Both the position numbers and the translations under genes were made by a program. Under the pieces are notes generated by a model, which ran no database searches, was not told the DNA's origin, and saw only the letters and a program-made list of their open reading frames with translations. From positions 45,818,001-45,882,000 of the forward strand of contig NW_027266308.1 of NCBI RefSeq assembly GCF_022045235.1: 64,000 bases of DNA, read 5' to 3'. Each line of letters begins with the position of its first letter. Within the stretch, counting starts at the first letter, position 1. Source of the stretch: Haliotis cracherodii. Lineage: Eukaryota. This document shows, one piece after another, positions 47,615 through 60,500 of the stretch.

Positions 47615-48502
47615 CAACTACATATGTACCAAATTTCTTTACAATTTGAAAAAAAATGGCTGAATAATGGTCATAATTAGGTTTTTCTATATGGCTGACG
47701 TGTATTCGAATTTCTTGAACAAATTGCTTGTTATTATTGGTGGGAACAATGTATGGGAAGTTTCAGCTTCATTGGTCCAGTGGTTTCTGAGATATTCATG
47801 CGATGTTGCAAACAGGCCATGACATATACTCACATGACTTTCAGTAAGGTGAGCTAAAAGAGGCTACTACATCTAGACACGTCTGAACAGTGTCTAAAAG
47901 TTTTCTGAAACTTTAAAATGTGACATTTCCAGTGGCAAAGTAGAGATAATTTATGGATAACAAATTCTTTATTTACTGTACAGAACCTTATGTCCAGTGG
48001 TTAAACAGGGTCTTTATACTACCTTGTCCTTGGTGTTTCTTACTGAAAATGTCAGGTAAATGGCAATATTGAATACCAGTACTATTTGAAGGACAACATC
48101 TCCAAGCAATCAATCAGTCACATTCAGGCCCAGCCTGGACACTCAAAAATCCCTATCAAAAGATGAGCAGTATAATTTCCTGGGACTATCGTCTTGTATT
48201 AAAGCATATACTAAACATATATAATTCAAACAAAAGCAAAGCAGCTTATAGGCTTGCTTAACATTCTTAAAAATAAAAAAAGACAACAGTTTTGATTTGG
48301 ATCAGTCAGTTCGAACTTACAGTTGGTGATTACCTTGATCTAATTTCTTCTTTTTTTTGATGGGAAAAATAAAAATGATTGTCATGGAATGGATGAGAAA
48401 AATGTAGAAGGGTTGTTTTCCAAGAGGTAACTGGATTCCATTTCCTTAGCTTTGGTAAGAATAATTATTGTACATATGACACTTGTTCTGTTAATGTTTG
48501 TG

Positions 48503-51500
48503 TCAAGAAACAAGTTTGACCGTGTCGTCCTTCAGCCCGTAGAGTATGATGAACTGGCATCTGAAACACACAGAGGACAACAGTATGAAGAATTGCTTTG
48601 ATTTAATACAGCTGGCATTCTAATCATGTTATTTTTTTTTTCTGATGTTTACCGGTATTTCATTTCAAACTGTCAAATATATTTAAGTATATATTGGCAA
48701 CAATGTAACATGCTTTAAGCATATGAATGAAAAGGGTATAGAAATATTTCACATATGAATGAGGGCAATGATCACACAAAGTAGGTTCACTTGCCCTGCA
48801 TCCAGTGGCAGCTGATGTATTGTAACAATACAAATCGTATTGCCCACTGAACACACTGATTGCAGTCCTTCAGAATATGACAGACTTTGCCTTCAATCAC
48901 AGGAAAGTTTCAATGACCTCACTAACCTGTAAGTCATAATTTCTATTCCTTAAAATTGAATATATATATGCTCTTACATATATATAGTATATTCATAAAA
49001 CATCTGATCGATAAAAAATATTTTTGAAATGACTCAATGGTCCGATTATTTATCAAAGTTATAAAACTAATCAAAACAAAAGGGAGGAAACTCCCAAATT
49101 GTTGCATGGTGGGATAACTTAATGTGCTAAGTCACTTGACTTTACACTTGATGGACCACTAAATCATTTGAAAAATTCAGTGTGCACATGTTTGTGACAT
49201 CATCACATTGTGGATTCTTGGACAAAACAGACAATCGTGTGATAAAGACTTATAGCAGGTGGGATGGGGTTTAATATAATGGTTACAAAGTCTAATGAAA
49301 CTGTTTGAAATAATAGCCGATTGCATTAATTGTTTTTATTGAAATACAACATTTCAAATTTTGAGAGATGACATTGTGTTTATATATAAACAGCATGCAA
49401 CTTCTTCAATTTAAACAGAACTTTATATTCCTGTGCTCTAACATTAACATGTACTGTATTCGACGTAATAAGTGCCCAGGATGCTCTCAAATTTAAATTT
49501 AGGGGGCTCTTATTAGAATGTTATTTTGGAGGAAAAAACAGAGTTGAAAGATAAATGTCATGGTTTATGCTGACGTCCTGAACTGTTTATATACGACAGA
49601 TATATTTTTCCTGAATTTAATTGCCCATAAGTAAGGGTGTATATAACACATATATTATATGAGTGCATATTATACACGAATAAATAAGTCTTGTGTACAT
49701 TGATCAATCGGAAGGGGTGCTAATTGGGATTGTTCACTTGCCAATATATTAGCAAATACTGCCTAGGTCGCTTATTAGAGCGGGGCGCTTATTAAGTCGA
49801 ATACGGTAATTGTGTCCTAGGAGACTATGCACTGGCTCTGTATGGCTATGCACATTTGGGCAAAATGGTGAAAGTTGTTTAACTACCTACTGATATCAAA
49901 ACTTACCTTTTCTCAAATTTCAGCGTATGAATTTCATCCATGATGTTTGTCAAGTATTTCCTGTGACGTGGTTGTCTGAAACAATGGAAATATCATGGCT
50001 CAGTCATTACACTATAAGTCCACCAAACAAAACAACCTGAACTGAAAGCACCATGCTTGGTTAACAAACATGGCAGCCAAACATGAACCTGTCTCTGTCA
50101 CATGTGGAAATAATCAGAGATACACGTAAGTACCATAATGCCATCAATACCCTATCTACACATTCTAGTTCAGATGACAACAATAATGGCATTTCCCTTT
50201 TAGCTTCGAAGAATGAGTGAACACGTGAGTTTAAACAATGCGTTCACCATGCTGACAGTATGTCCATCATGTCTGTGAATGTGCAAGAAAACCCAAAGTT
50301 ATGTCATCGGTAATTTTATCATTTTGATGAAATCCACTGATGCTGAAAAAAAACCCACAAGAATCGAAATTAGAGCAAATCTGTGACTTGAACCCTCAGG
50401 CAAAAGAAACTGAACCCTAAGCTTAACAATAACTTCAAACTCTGTTATCACTTTACAATCTTTTCTGAAGAGGCATGAAAGGTCAATTTCCAAATAGCAG
50501 TTAGATCTAGTGCCAGATGGCAGTAAGTACAAATACATTCAATCTAGCTTGATGGATTTTGTTTTACTTACTTTTCTATTACAGAACTGATGCTTGCATC
50601 AAAGTCACCTTCAGTGCCATTTAACTGTAAACAATTCCATATAAACATTATCATTATGCAATGTTAATATGACAATCAATTCATATCAATGAAGCCTCAG
50701 TCCAAAGTATGGGAGTTATTGTCTTGGCACTTAGATCCTGAGTTGCAACACTTCATGTTTCTGAAGACATGAGTGAGTGAGAGAGTTGGGTTTAACCCAC
50801 TTTGAACAATATCCCAGTTATATCACAGTGTGTCAGCTGGATGTGGAAGGAAAGCCCAGTGATGGAGGTCTTGGACGTTAATCACTTTGGTGAAAGCCAC
50901 AAGCATGGCGTGGTGGCAACAGATCTAGAAGTATTGAGGATGTCACACATGGGTGACCCACTAAGTTAAACTGGTCTTCATTAGTGACCATGCCTTCCAG
51001 TGACCACCATTGTGGCCATCTAATCCTCACTCTGTTACCTCCTACACGAAGCATGACATACTGTAAGTAGGCTTCTCACGAGGTGAATACCGTTTGATGT
51101 ACCCTCTTTGCATCGAGTACCCAAAGCTGACCCTGCCAAGTTTGTCATTTACTACAAAGAGATGTGAAGTTTTTTTTGTTGCCATATTGCCAGGTGAGTT
51201 CCAGACCACAAGTTATATATGTTTGTGCTCTGTGCATCACTTACATCTAAAGTCAGTGTTAATATATATTACATGATGCTGTAAGGAGCCTGAATTGCAG
51301 AGATTATTGAGATCGGCAAAATGTCCTTGATGGCAGGGTATATGTATGTAGTTGGACACTGCTGTTACCAAATGTCATTACATATGTAAGATGAGGTAAC
51401 AGTGTTCCCACCCTGCCCGTAACTACCTCCTACCTCGAGGTACGCTGCTATGATGCTCAGCACTGCCTTGTTCAGTTCAACAACGATTACATCGTGAGAT

Positions 51501-54500
51501 TTCCCTGGTAGCCAATGCAAAGCTGATGACAGTTTGTTAAACATCTGAAACAACACAAACACATCTTAACACACGATGTATCCACATCTGACAAAGTGAT
51601 GGCTTGTCATGCAAACTAAATCTTTGGCAAGAATATTCTGTTCAAATTGAGATACTCTCTGAAACACAAGTAATTGCTGCTTTGTAATTGATGACTGGTG
51701 TGGTTTTAGCAATTGATTTCTATACTGCAGCCTTATTTGTGCTATAACAAGAGTGAGTGAGTGAGTTGGGCTTGAACAATAGATCAGTTATATCACAGAG
51801 TGTCAGCTTAATGTGGGAGGAAAGCCATAAGTGATGTAGGTCTTAGATGTTTACTACTTATGTGAGCCCCACGAGCACGGGTATCGTGGCGACATATCAA
51901 GGATCACAATCAGGGCAAATCTGGGATTCAAACCCATGATCAGATCCTGGTATACCTGAGGAGTGCTTTTCTATATAATAACTGCGAATGCTTATACTAT
52001 TTGCCCCCGTGCAATGACAAGATGGATGTGTACAAGAGTCATCCCAACTCATAGACGGGAGGCACGGGTGGCCCAGTCGTCTAAGGCGCCGCGATTTGCT
52101 GTTCCTTGGGCATGCCAGAAACCTATGATTGTGGGTTCAAATCCCGGTTCGCCCCGATTATGTTTCTAGGTTTGTCAGCACCATACCCGTGCTCGTGGGT
52201 TTCACCGAAGTGGTAAACGTCTGAGACCTGCATCACTTCGGGCTTTCCTCCCACATTAAGCTGATACGCCGCGATATAACTGGAATACTGTTAAAAGCGG
52301 CGTTAAACCTAACTCACCATACTCATAGGCAAGTACAATGATGACCATAATCCACACCCTAAAGTATGCTCAAAACACTGCATTATTACCCCGGTCAATG
52401 GGGCAGTGTGTACTTGATTTTCATTCTCAACCCCCCGGGGAGTATGCAATCACAGTGCCCTGTGAGGCGCTAGTTTTTGCTTTAGTTTGAGGCAGGACCG
52501 AAGCCCTAGATACTCTCAGGAGTCAAACGCAGTCATCCATCCAACTACTCTCCAAGACCCCTAATACCTATTCACTTCTCATGACCAGCATGATGCACTC
52601 TCTGGTCACAAACATTCTTCTTCTTAATATGCCGAGCTACTAAACACTCCCAAGCTTCTTAACACTCCACAGCTACTAAACACTCCCAAGCTTCTTAACA
52701 CTCCACAGCTACTAAACACTCCCGAGCTACTAAACACTCCCAAGCTTCTTAACACTCCACAGCTACTAAACACTCCCAAGCTTCTTAACACTCCACAGCT
52801 ACTAAACACTCCCGAGCTACTAAACACTCCCAAGCTTCTTAACACTCCACAGCTACTAAACACTCCCGAGCTACTAAACACTCCCAAGCTTCTTAACACT
52901 CCACAGCTACTAAACGCTCCCAAGCTTCTTAACACTCCACAGCTACTTAACACTCCACAGCTACAAAACACTCCACAGCTACTAAACACTCCCAAGCTTC
53001 TTAACACTCCACAGTTACTAAACACTCTCGAGCTTCTTAACACTCCACAGCTACTAAACACTCCCAAGCTTCTTAACACTCCCAAGCTTCTTAACACTCC
53101 ACAGCTACTTAACACTCCACAGCTACTAAACACTCCCAAGCTTCTTAACACTCCACAGCTACTAAACACTCCACAGCTACTAAACACTCCCGAGCTTCTT
53201 AACACTCCACAGCTACTTAACACTCCACAGTTACTAAACACTCCCGAGCTTCTTAACACTCCACAGCTACTTAACACTCCACAGCTACTAAACACTCCCA
53301 AGCTTCTTAACACTCCACAGCTACTTAACACTCCACAGCTACTAAACACTCCCGAGCTTCTTAACACTCCACAGCTACTAAACACTCCACAGCTACTAAA
53401 CAGTCCCAAGCTTCTTAACGCTCCACAGCTACTTAACACTCCACAGCTACTAAACACTCCACAGCTACTAAACACTCCCAAGCTTCTTAACACTCCACAG
53501 CTACTAAACACTCCCAAGCTTCTTAACACTCCAGAGCTACTTAACACTCCCAAGCTTCTTAACACTCCACAGCTACTAAACACTCCACAGCTACTTAACA
53601 CTCCACAGCTACTAAACACTCCCGAGCTTCTTAACACTCCACAGCTACTTAACACGCCACAGCTACTAAACATTCCCAAGCTTCTTAACACTCCACAGCT
53701 ACTAAACACTCTAGAGTTGCTCTGTATCTCATTTTCTGTGATCGCTATATTTAACACACCTGGGACTCATATTTCCTCTTGATGTTTGAGGTGATGCGTC
53801 CCTCCTGCATGACAAAGAGGAAGTTGAAGGTGATGTTGTTGCAGCTACTGTTGGTGCTGGACTGATTGGTCTCGGAGTAGTTGCTGGACTGGCCGGTGTT
53901 ACTCTTCTTTTCATTACCTGGGGCCATATCCATCGTCTCTCTAGAACAACCAACACAGTGAGCAAGTGAGTTCACCACTGCATGGAACGACATTTCAGCA
54001 TGTCAGCGTAATGTGGCAGGAATGCCTGGAGTGATGTAGGTCTAAAACATTAGCTCTTTTGTGAATTAACGAGTACAGGTTCAGTGTTGACAAACCAAGG
54101 ATCATCATAAGTATGAACCTAGGGCTCAAACTCATGATTATAGAAACTAGGCCTGCCAAAGGGATGCAACTCTGCACAGGATTCCCCCACATGCAACATT
54201 GCATGACTTGCCCCAGTACCATGGCATCTAGCTGCATGCACTCTGTCTATGTATCCATGATGAACAACTATGAAGACCTCACTTAGAAAAGCAACACATT
54301 TCATGCTAACATATTGTCTGTAATCAGCACCAAATATTTAGGCACAATTGTTGGAACAGTAGGAAAATGAGGTAACTGTTATGTGTATGCCAGAAAATCA
54401 AGACTTTTAGGGCTAAAAGAATATAACAGTCTTGACTCTAAGACACCGCCCGCATCATAATAAATTCCACCTCACATTTCCTTTTCATTTCCTTGTTTTA

Positions 54501-57500
54501 AAAAAACTAAAAAATCTAATACTTAAAATCAGTGTGATCCAATAAAGTATGCAGTTACTTCCCTTGAGATGCGCCTGATTTAATGCGCATCTTGTGTTAT
54601 GGTAATGGTGGCAATAGGAGTTTGTATGCTTGTATATGTAGGGAGGCCCTTCCCAGGTTGATGGTACACAACTGTTTATTTGGTTACATACTAGTTTAAA
54701 CAGGCAAAAAAAAAAACTGCCTGCCCGCAGTATATTTTCAAAAGTTATTGGCCTGAGAACCAATTCTTTTATTTTTTTAAGCCTCAAGTTTTGATTTTTC
54801 AGGATTATTTTCTTAAAGAGCCCAAAAAATGTGAGGTTCCTTGAAAATAAAGGCAAACAACTATGTGGGTGAAATGACCCGATCAAAGTGGCATCCTACT
54901 AGTTGACTCACTGTTTTGTGAACTGTTGCTTCTGCTGCAGAAAGTCCACAACCTCGGACATAGGCACCTTCCTCTCCGTCACCCTATCCTTCTCGATGCT
55001 GCGTACCTTCACAAATAAACTTAGCATTACAACCCTCCATTAGATGGTAACTGTATCTACTAAAGCGGCCAATGGGTCAAAATATACATCAGTTGCAATA
55101 AAGGACAAATATATGCAATAATAGTTAAATGTTACGGATAAAGCATTAAATGTTACTAATATTGGTCAAACGAAAGAACAATGTGAACTAAAGAATGTCA
55201 GTGCGCACAAGGGACACCAAGTATGCTAAAGGACAATGTTGACAATAAAGAATGCCAGATTGTTCTGCAATTTGTACAACATTCAAATTTTAATTGGCTT
55301 GTTCCACTGTGTATATGATAAACACTGGCGAAGAACAAATCGACAATGAGGTGCACAATGCATTTGTAATATGTCATTCCTCGTGCACCCACTGTATGAC
55401 GTCATATACATGTTGCGATTAGTCATAGTCAATGGGAAAAGCAGGACGTTTTATTAAATGGGTTTGCTCAGCATTATTCCAGCTATATGACAGCAGCCTG
55501 TAAATAATCCAGTCTGGACCAGACAAGCCAGTGATCAAAATAATGAGCCACAATGCACATCATCAGGGTATGATGACATGCAATCAACCAAGTCACTGTG
55601 CCTGACCACTCGATCCATGAAGCTGCCTCAGGTTGCTAGGGATCAATTCCAAACCGGAATCCCCACAGGGATTCTGCTGAGGGCGTAACGGGTTGAGATG
55701 AAGGTGTATGTTTCACCTTGACTGATCCGGTGTCAGCATCCTTCAGGATGACAATGTGGGAGACGCCCAGCTCCCGGCAGTAGTCACTGATCTCCTCCAG
55801 GCTCTGCAGGTACAACATGACATCTACAGTCACAACTCAAAACAGTATTGTTCCCAAGGAAATTGTTCAGATAAATAAACTTTATAAACTTTTAGATAAC
55901 AAAAGAAAAAGATATGGAATTATATAGATACAGATAATAAATATTACTCATAATGAAGACCATTGTATTTTCTGATCTTCCAAGACAGGAGGCAAAATAA
56001 CATGTTTTCTGTGTTGATTTACACTTAATTTCATTTAACAGAAATGTTTCTGAAAAAATAAAATGAAAACATATTAAGCAAAGCATATATTATCCATCAC
56101 ACAATAATTTTCTTCTACTTTTAGAAAACTCTGGGTAGGAAGAATAATTATCAGCTTGTCCCAAGAAAAGTAAATGTGACTGTGAAAGCTAGTGTTTTAC
56201 CTGCATGGTATCGAAGAGAACCTGTGTCTTGAGTCTCCCTAACCACAAATCCTTGGCTACAGCCAGTCTCTCCCTCAGCATGGGCTTACAGCCGATGGTA
56301 CACACCAGGACATCATATGGACTTGGTGGCTACACATAAGTGGACCAATGTCAGTACAGCAATACCTCACTACCGGTATCTCGGCATGAATGTAGTATTA
56401 GAACTAATGTTGAAAGAACCTTGCTTTTTAAAACTCTGGACATACAAATCTGTAATTCCTCTTATCTGTAGGTTAGCCTGTATGGTATCTGCCACTGAGT
56501 AATTCAAGAGTCTGTTGCCTATACTTTACAGAGGTTACCATGGTTACACAGAATGTGATTCCATCACCTCACTCACCTCCAGATCCTCTGTGATTGCAGC
56601 CACGATTTTTTCAAAGGCAATGCTGACCCCAACCCCAGATGGGATGTGGGATGTTGGGTGCAGCGGAGAAGCAAACTGCTGAATCTGCAGGAAAACACAC
56701 ACAATGTGATACTGATCATGCTTATGTTGTTGCAACTGTTTCCATGTAATGGTTTGTTTGTTGATTACTGCCGCACTCACCAATATTCCAGCTATATGAT
56801 GGCGGTCAGTAAATAATCAAGTCTGGACCAGACAAGCCAGTACCGAAACCTGGTACTATCAACAGATTCTGGCACAACTAACGGATGCACAATGAGTTGA
56901 CATATATATATACGTATCTTTGAAAATGATATGTTGTAATGGCAGTTTTGTCCACAATTAGAGAACAACCAAGGAGCTGGATAATCTGTCCCAAGTGAAT
57001 GAATGGTGTTAATCTATAGCCTTTTTACAATCGACTTACAGCTTTCATTTACAATGGACATATAATCCGTAATTACATGTTTCAAGTAGTTTATTCTATA
57101 TACTGACACTTTAAGAAAGCAAATGTAGAAAAAACATATGGAATGTCAACCCTACAGAGGAACTTCATTGAAGGCAGCTGACTGTTCAGATGACGTAATC
57201 AGCGGTAGAAGCTAACAGTTTTTGTCCACTAGTCCTTATAATGATAACATATAGCAAAACCCCTAAAAATGGCAAATTGCTACTAGTCGTTATGATACCT
57301 TTACTATTGGGCAGTTGGGCAAGGACTACAGGACTAGTGCCAATTTCTAACCATGGTAATGTAATCAATTTGTGACGTCCTGAACAATGGATATCACATT
57401 TTTTTAAAATAATGAAGCACTGCAATGTCATATGGCTTCAGTTGACTAATGAGCATGTGCAAATATTGGGAAGTTATCACACACGATCAAGCTATCCTCA

Positions 57501-60500
57501 TGAGTAATAATAATTATTTTGTTGTGTTTATGTCATGTTTTAAAAGTCATTATTTTCATTTCCCAGTATGTTAACAACAACATTAACAACTAAACAACAA
57601 CAACAATATTCTATTCATAAAGCGCTGAATTTCATCATGGGTGCATGCAGGCACTTTACAGGAAAAGCATTTACAGAAATGTAAAAGCGGTTCTGAAGGT
57701 TCCACTGTGGTCAGAACAGAATCTTCACCTACAGATCTGCCTCATGCAATGTGTACATGTTCTTGTAGTTGTCCAATCATATGGGAATAGCTCTCTGTTA
57801 AACGCTTAAAGAGTTAGTGCTAACTTGATGGGGATTTAGTTCCCAGTGTACAGGCGCTGCACAAAAGTAACATATGTAATCAAGTGAGCTGCCACACGGC
57901 TCCTCCTACCATCTTGTCGTATCTCCCCCCTGCGGCCAGCACCTCTGCAGCACTCTTCCTCTTCCTCTTGACATCCCTCAACACCTGGAAGATGATCCCG
58001 GAGTACTGCAGGTGGCTGTACATCAGGCCCACCGTCACCACAATCTGCAGTAACATAGCTGGGATATGAAACAGGGACACACTTGTTTGTTGGGTGTTCT
58101 ACACCAGGGATTTATCTAGGATTCCAAACTTAATGCCCATGGCAAGCAAAACTGTTCAAAACTGGGATCTAAAAAAATATTTTTTTCCTAAATTCAAAGG
58201 TATTAATGCCTCTTCCACACCAATTGCCCTGTTGTCAATGATATACAAGTCGCCTTTATAAAGCCTTAACTTATAAAATGGAACTGGGAAAATTTTAATT
58301 ACAATTAAGGAGATTTTACTGACATTTGCTGCAGACTTGGGGCAAAACAATGGCCTTTGAGCAGGTCTAGACAAATCCCTGTTCAGTAAGCAATATTACA
58401 CCTATACCTGGAAGTGATTGCATTTGAACCAGATAGAGTGTTTGAGATTATCCGCAACATCCCACGCCATCAGGGTACGGCAACACACAATCACATAGTC
58501 TGACCAACAGATTCAATTGTGTCGTCACTTATGACAAGCAATAGTGAAATAGTCATTTCAAACTGTTATCATATTTGTGAACCAGGACTAGACATCCTTG
58601 TCCATTTGCAGGATTTTTTGTACATTCAGAGGAATTGGTAAGTTTTTAATTCAAATTAAGAAAATGAACTGTTATTTGCAGACTTGAGGTCGAATATTGG
58701 CCTCTGACAAATTCCAGTACTAATTGCAGAGTTGAGGATAATTCTGCAGTTTGTCAGTTCAGGTTCCTCTATGGTCTATTTTAACAGTGACATATCCTTA
58801 CCGGCAGTTTGAGTCCCATGACAGTAGCATGGGTCATCACAGCTTCCATCTCATGCAGCCCCTGCTTAGCTAATGTGCTGGCCTGTCAACAACAAGGATA
58901 GTGAGCATGACAAGAAATAACAATAATAATAATAATAATATGTGCATTTATAATGCACCAAATTCCATTCACCAAGTGGATGCTCATAGTGCTACACTAT
59001 CACGACGAGGGACAGAACTCTAGACTTAATATGCTAGGAACTGATTGATATTAGTGTTTTTTATAACACTTTTGAAAACACTGATCACACAAAATATTTC
59101 TTCTTTTTCTTCTTCATATTTTTGATGAAAATAGATCCAGATCCAAGAAACATATTACATGCAAGATTGATAAACCATGGCTACTGAAATAGTCAAAGGG
59201 CAATGTGAATTCACAAGGTCTGGATAGTTCAATCCGAGAGGAAAGCAAATTTTACTGAATGTCTGGGCTGATGTTCCTCAGTGTCTTACAACATAATGTA
59301 TATAAGTCCTTTTCACAACAAACGTCAGAAAAACCCACTTTAGACATCTTCCCGAGGCAAGTGAGTTAACTGACTATAAAAAACCAGTTTCCACCCTTGC
59401 CGAACTAGGCTGGTATTATGGAGTTACATTTTGGCTGGACTAACGAGTCTATGCATAGTCCAATCAAAATCACGCACCGAAATCAAAATCCGGTTCGTAA
59501 ACTGTCATTCAGATTTCAGTCGATTGCAGGATTTGTAAAACATGTGCACTGCTAACTCGCTGTCAACAGATATTTTCCAAGTCTTTTCATGTCTTTAATC
59601 AAGGTGCTCAAGTGATTTGATGCACTTCGCTATGTAAGAACCGTTTTATCACAATATAGATTTTGATTATCGATCAGATCGTCTTCACTGGAAGCCGCCA
59701 TTTTGTTTGAAACAAATGCAAGTGATATGAGAGGTGGAATCTGATTAGTCCATAGTAGAGGCTTAGAAGGGACATTACTCGCAATAACCACTGGTGGTGC
59801 TATGGTTGAGCCCAGGAATTTCAGCCTAGTTCGGCAAGGGTGGAAACTGGACTTTTAAAGTCAGTTAACTGCCTTGACTTGGGTAGATGACTGTAGAAGT
59901 ATCCATCAAACAAAGTCCAAACGTATGGTACGGCATGTTCCGTAGGTCAGCCCATACTGATAATAAACCATTCCTAATTCTAATGTTCATTCATGAACAG
60001 GAAATCAATTGCTTTGCCTTGAAAAGAGAAATACTTACATGATCTTTATAAATTGTGTAGGTATATAAGGTGCAGTTTTATTTACAATGCAGATACATAA
60101 AAAGAAGCCAATGCAATATTACATGTGCCCGATAATTTAGTTTATCATATAATGGGTAGGTTTCTCGGCAGGATAAAGCCAACGGATAAAAACGATATCC
60201 ATTGGGGTCATATGTGGATAGAGATGCAAGTATAAAAGGTCAAGTAGGACTACTTTCACTGTTTATGAACAAACATGGCGTCGCCCTCGTCATTCGGCGA
60301 TCGAGTCAGAATTAACCATCAGGAATCTGGATAAACTACAGGGATAATTGCCATAATTATCAAAAGAACAGTCTAATATACTGAAAATCAGTGTCTAACT
60401 GTGACGTAGCTAAGGCATTTTATAAGTTTTGGCAACATTGGAGATATAAATTTCGGAACAATTTTGCAAGGGCACAAGGCCTAGCCAAGCGGGATCAGTA

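Noticed and set aside
52624-53757. 377-aa Cys/Ser/Gly-rich protein
   Set aside because: It is a by-product of an 18-bp minisatellite inside an EIF2AK4 intron, with no ATG start, promoter or in-frame splice link.
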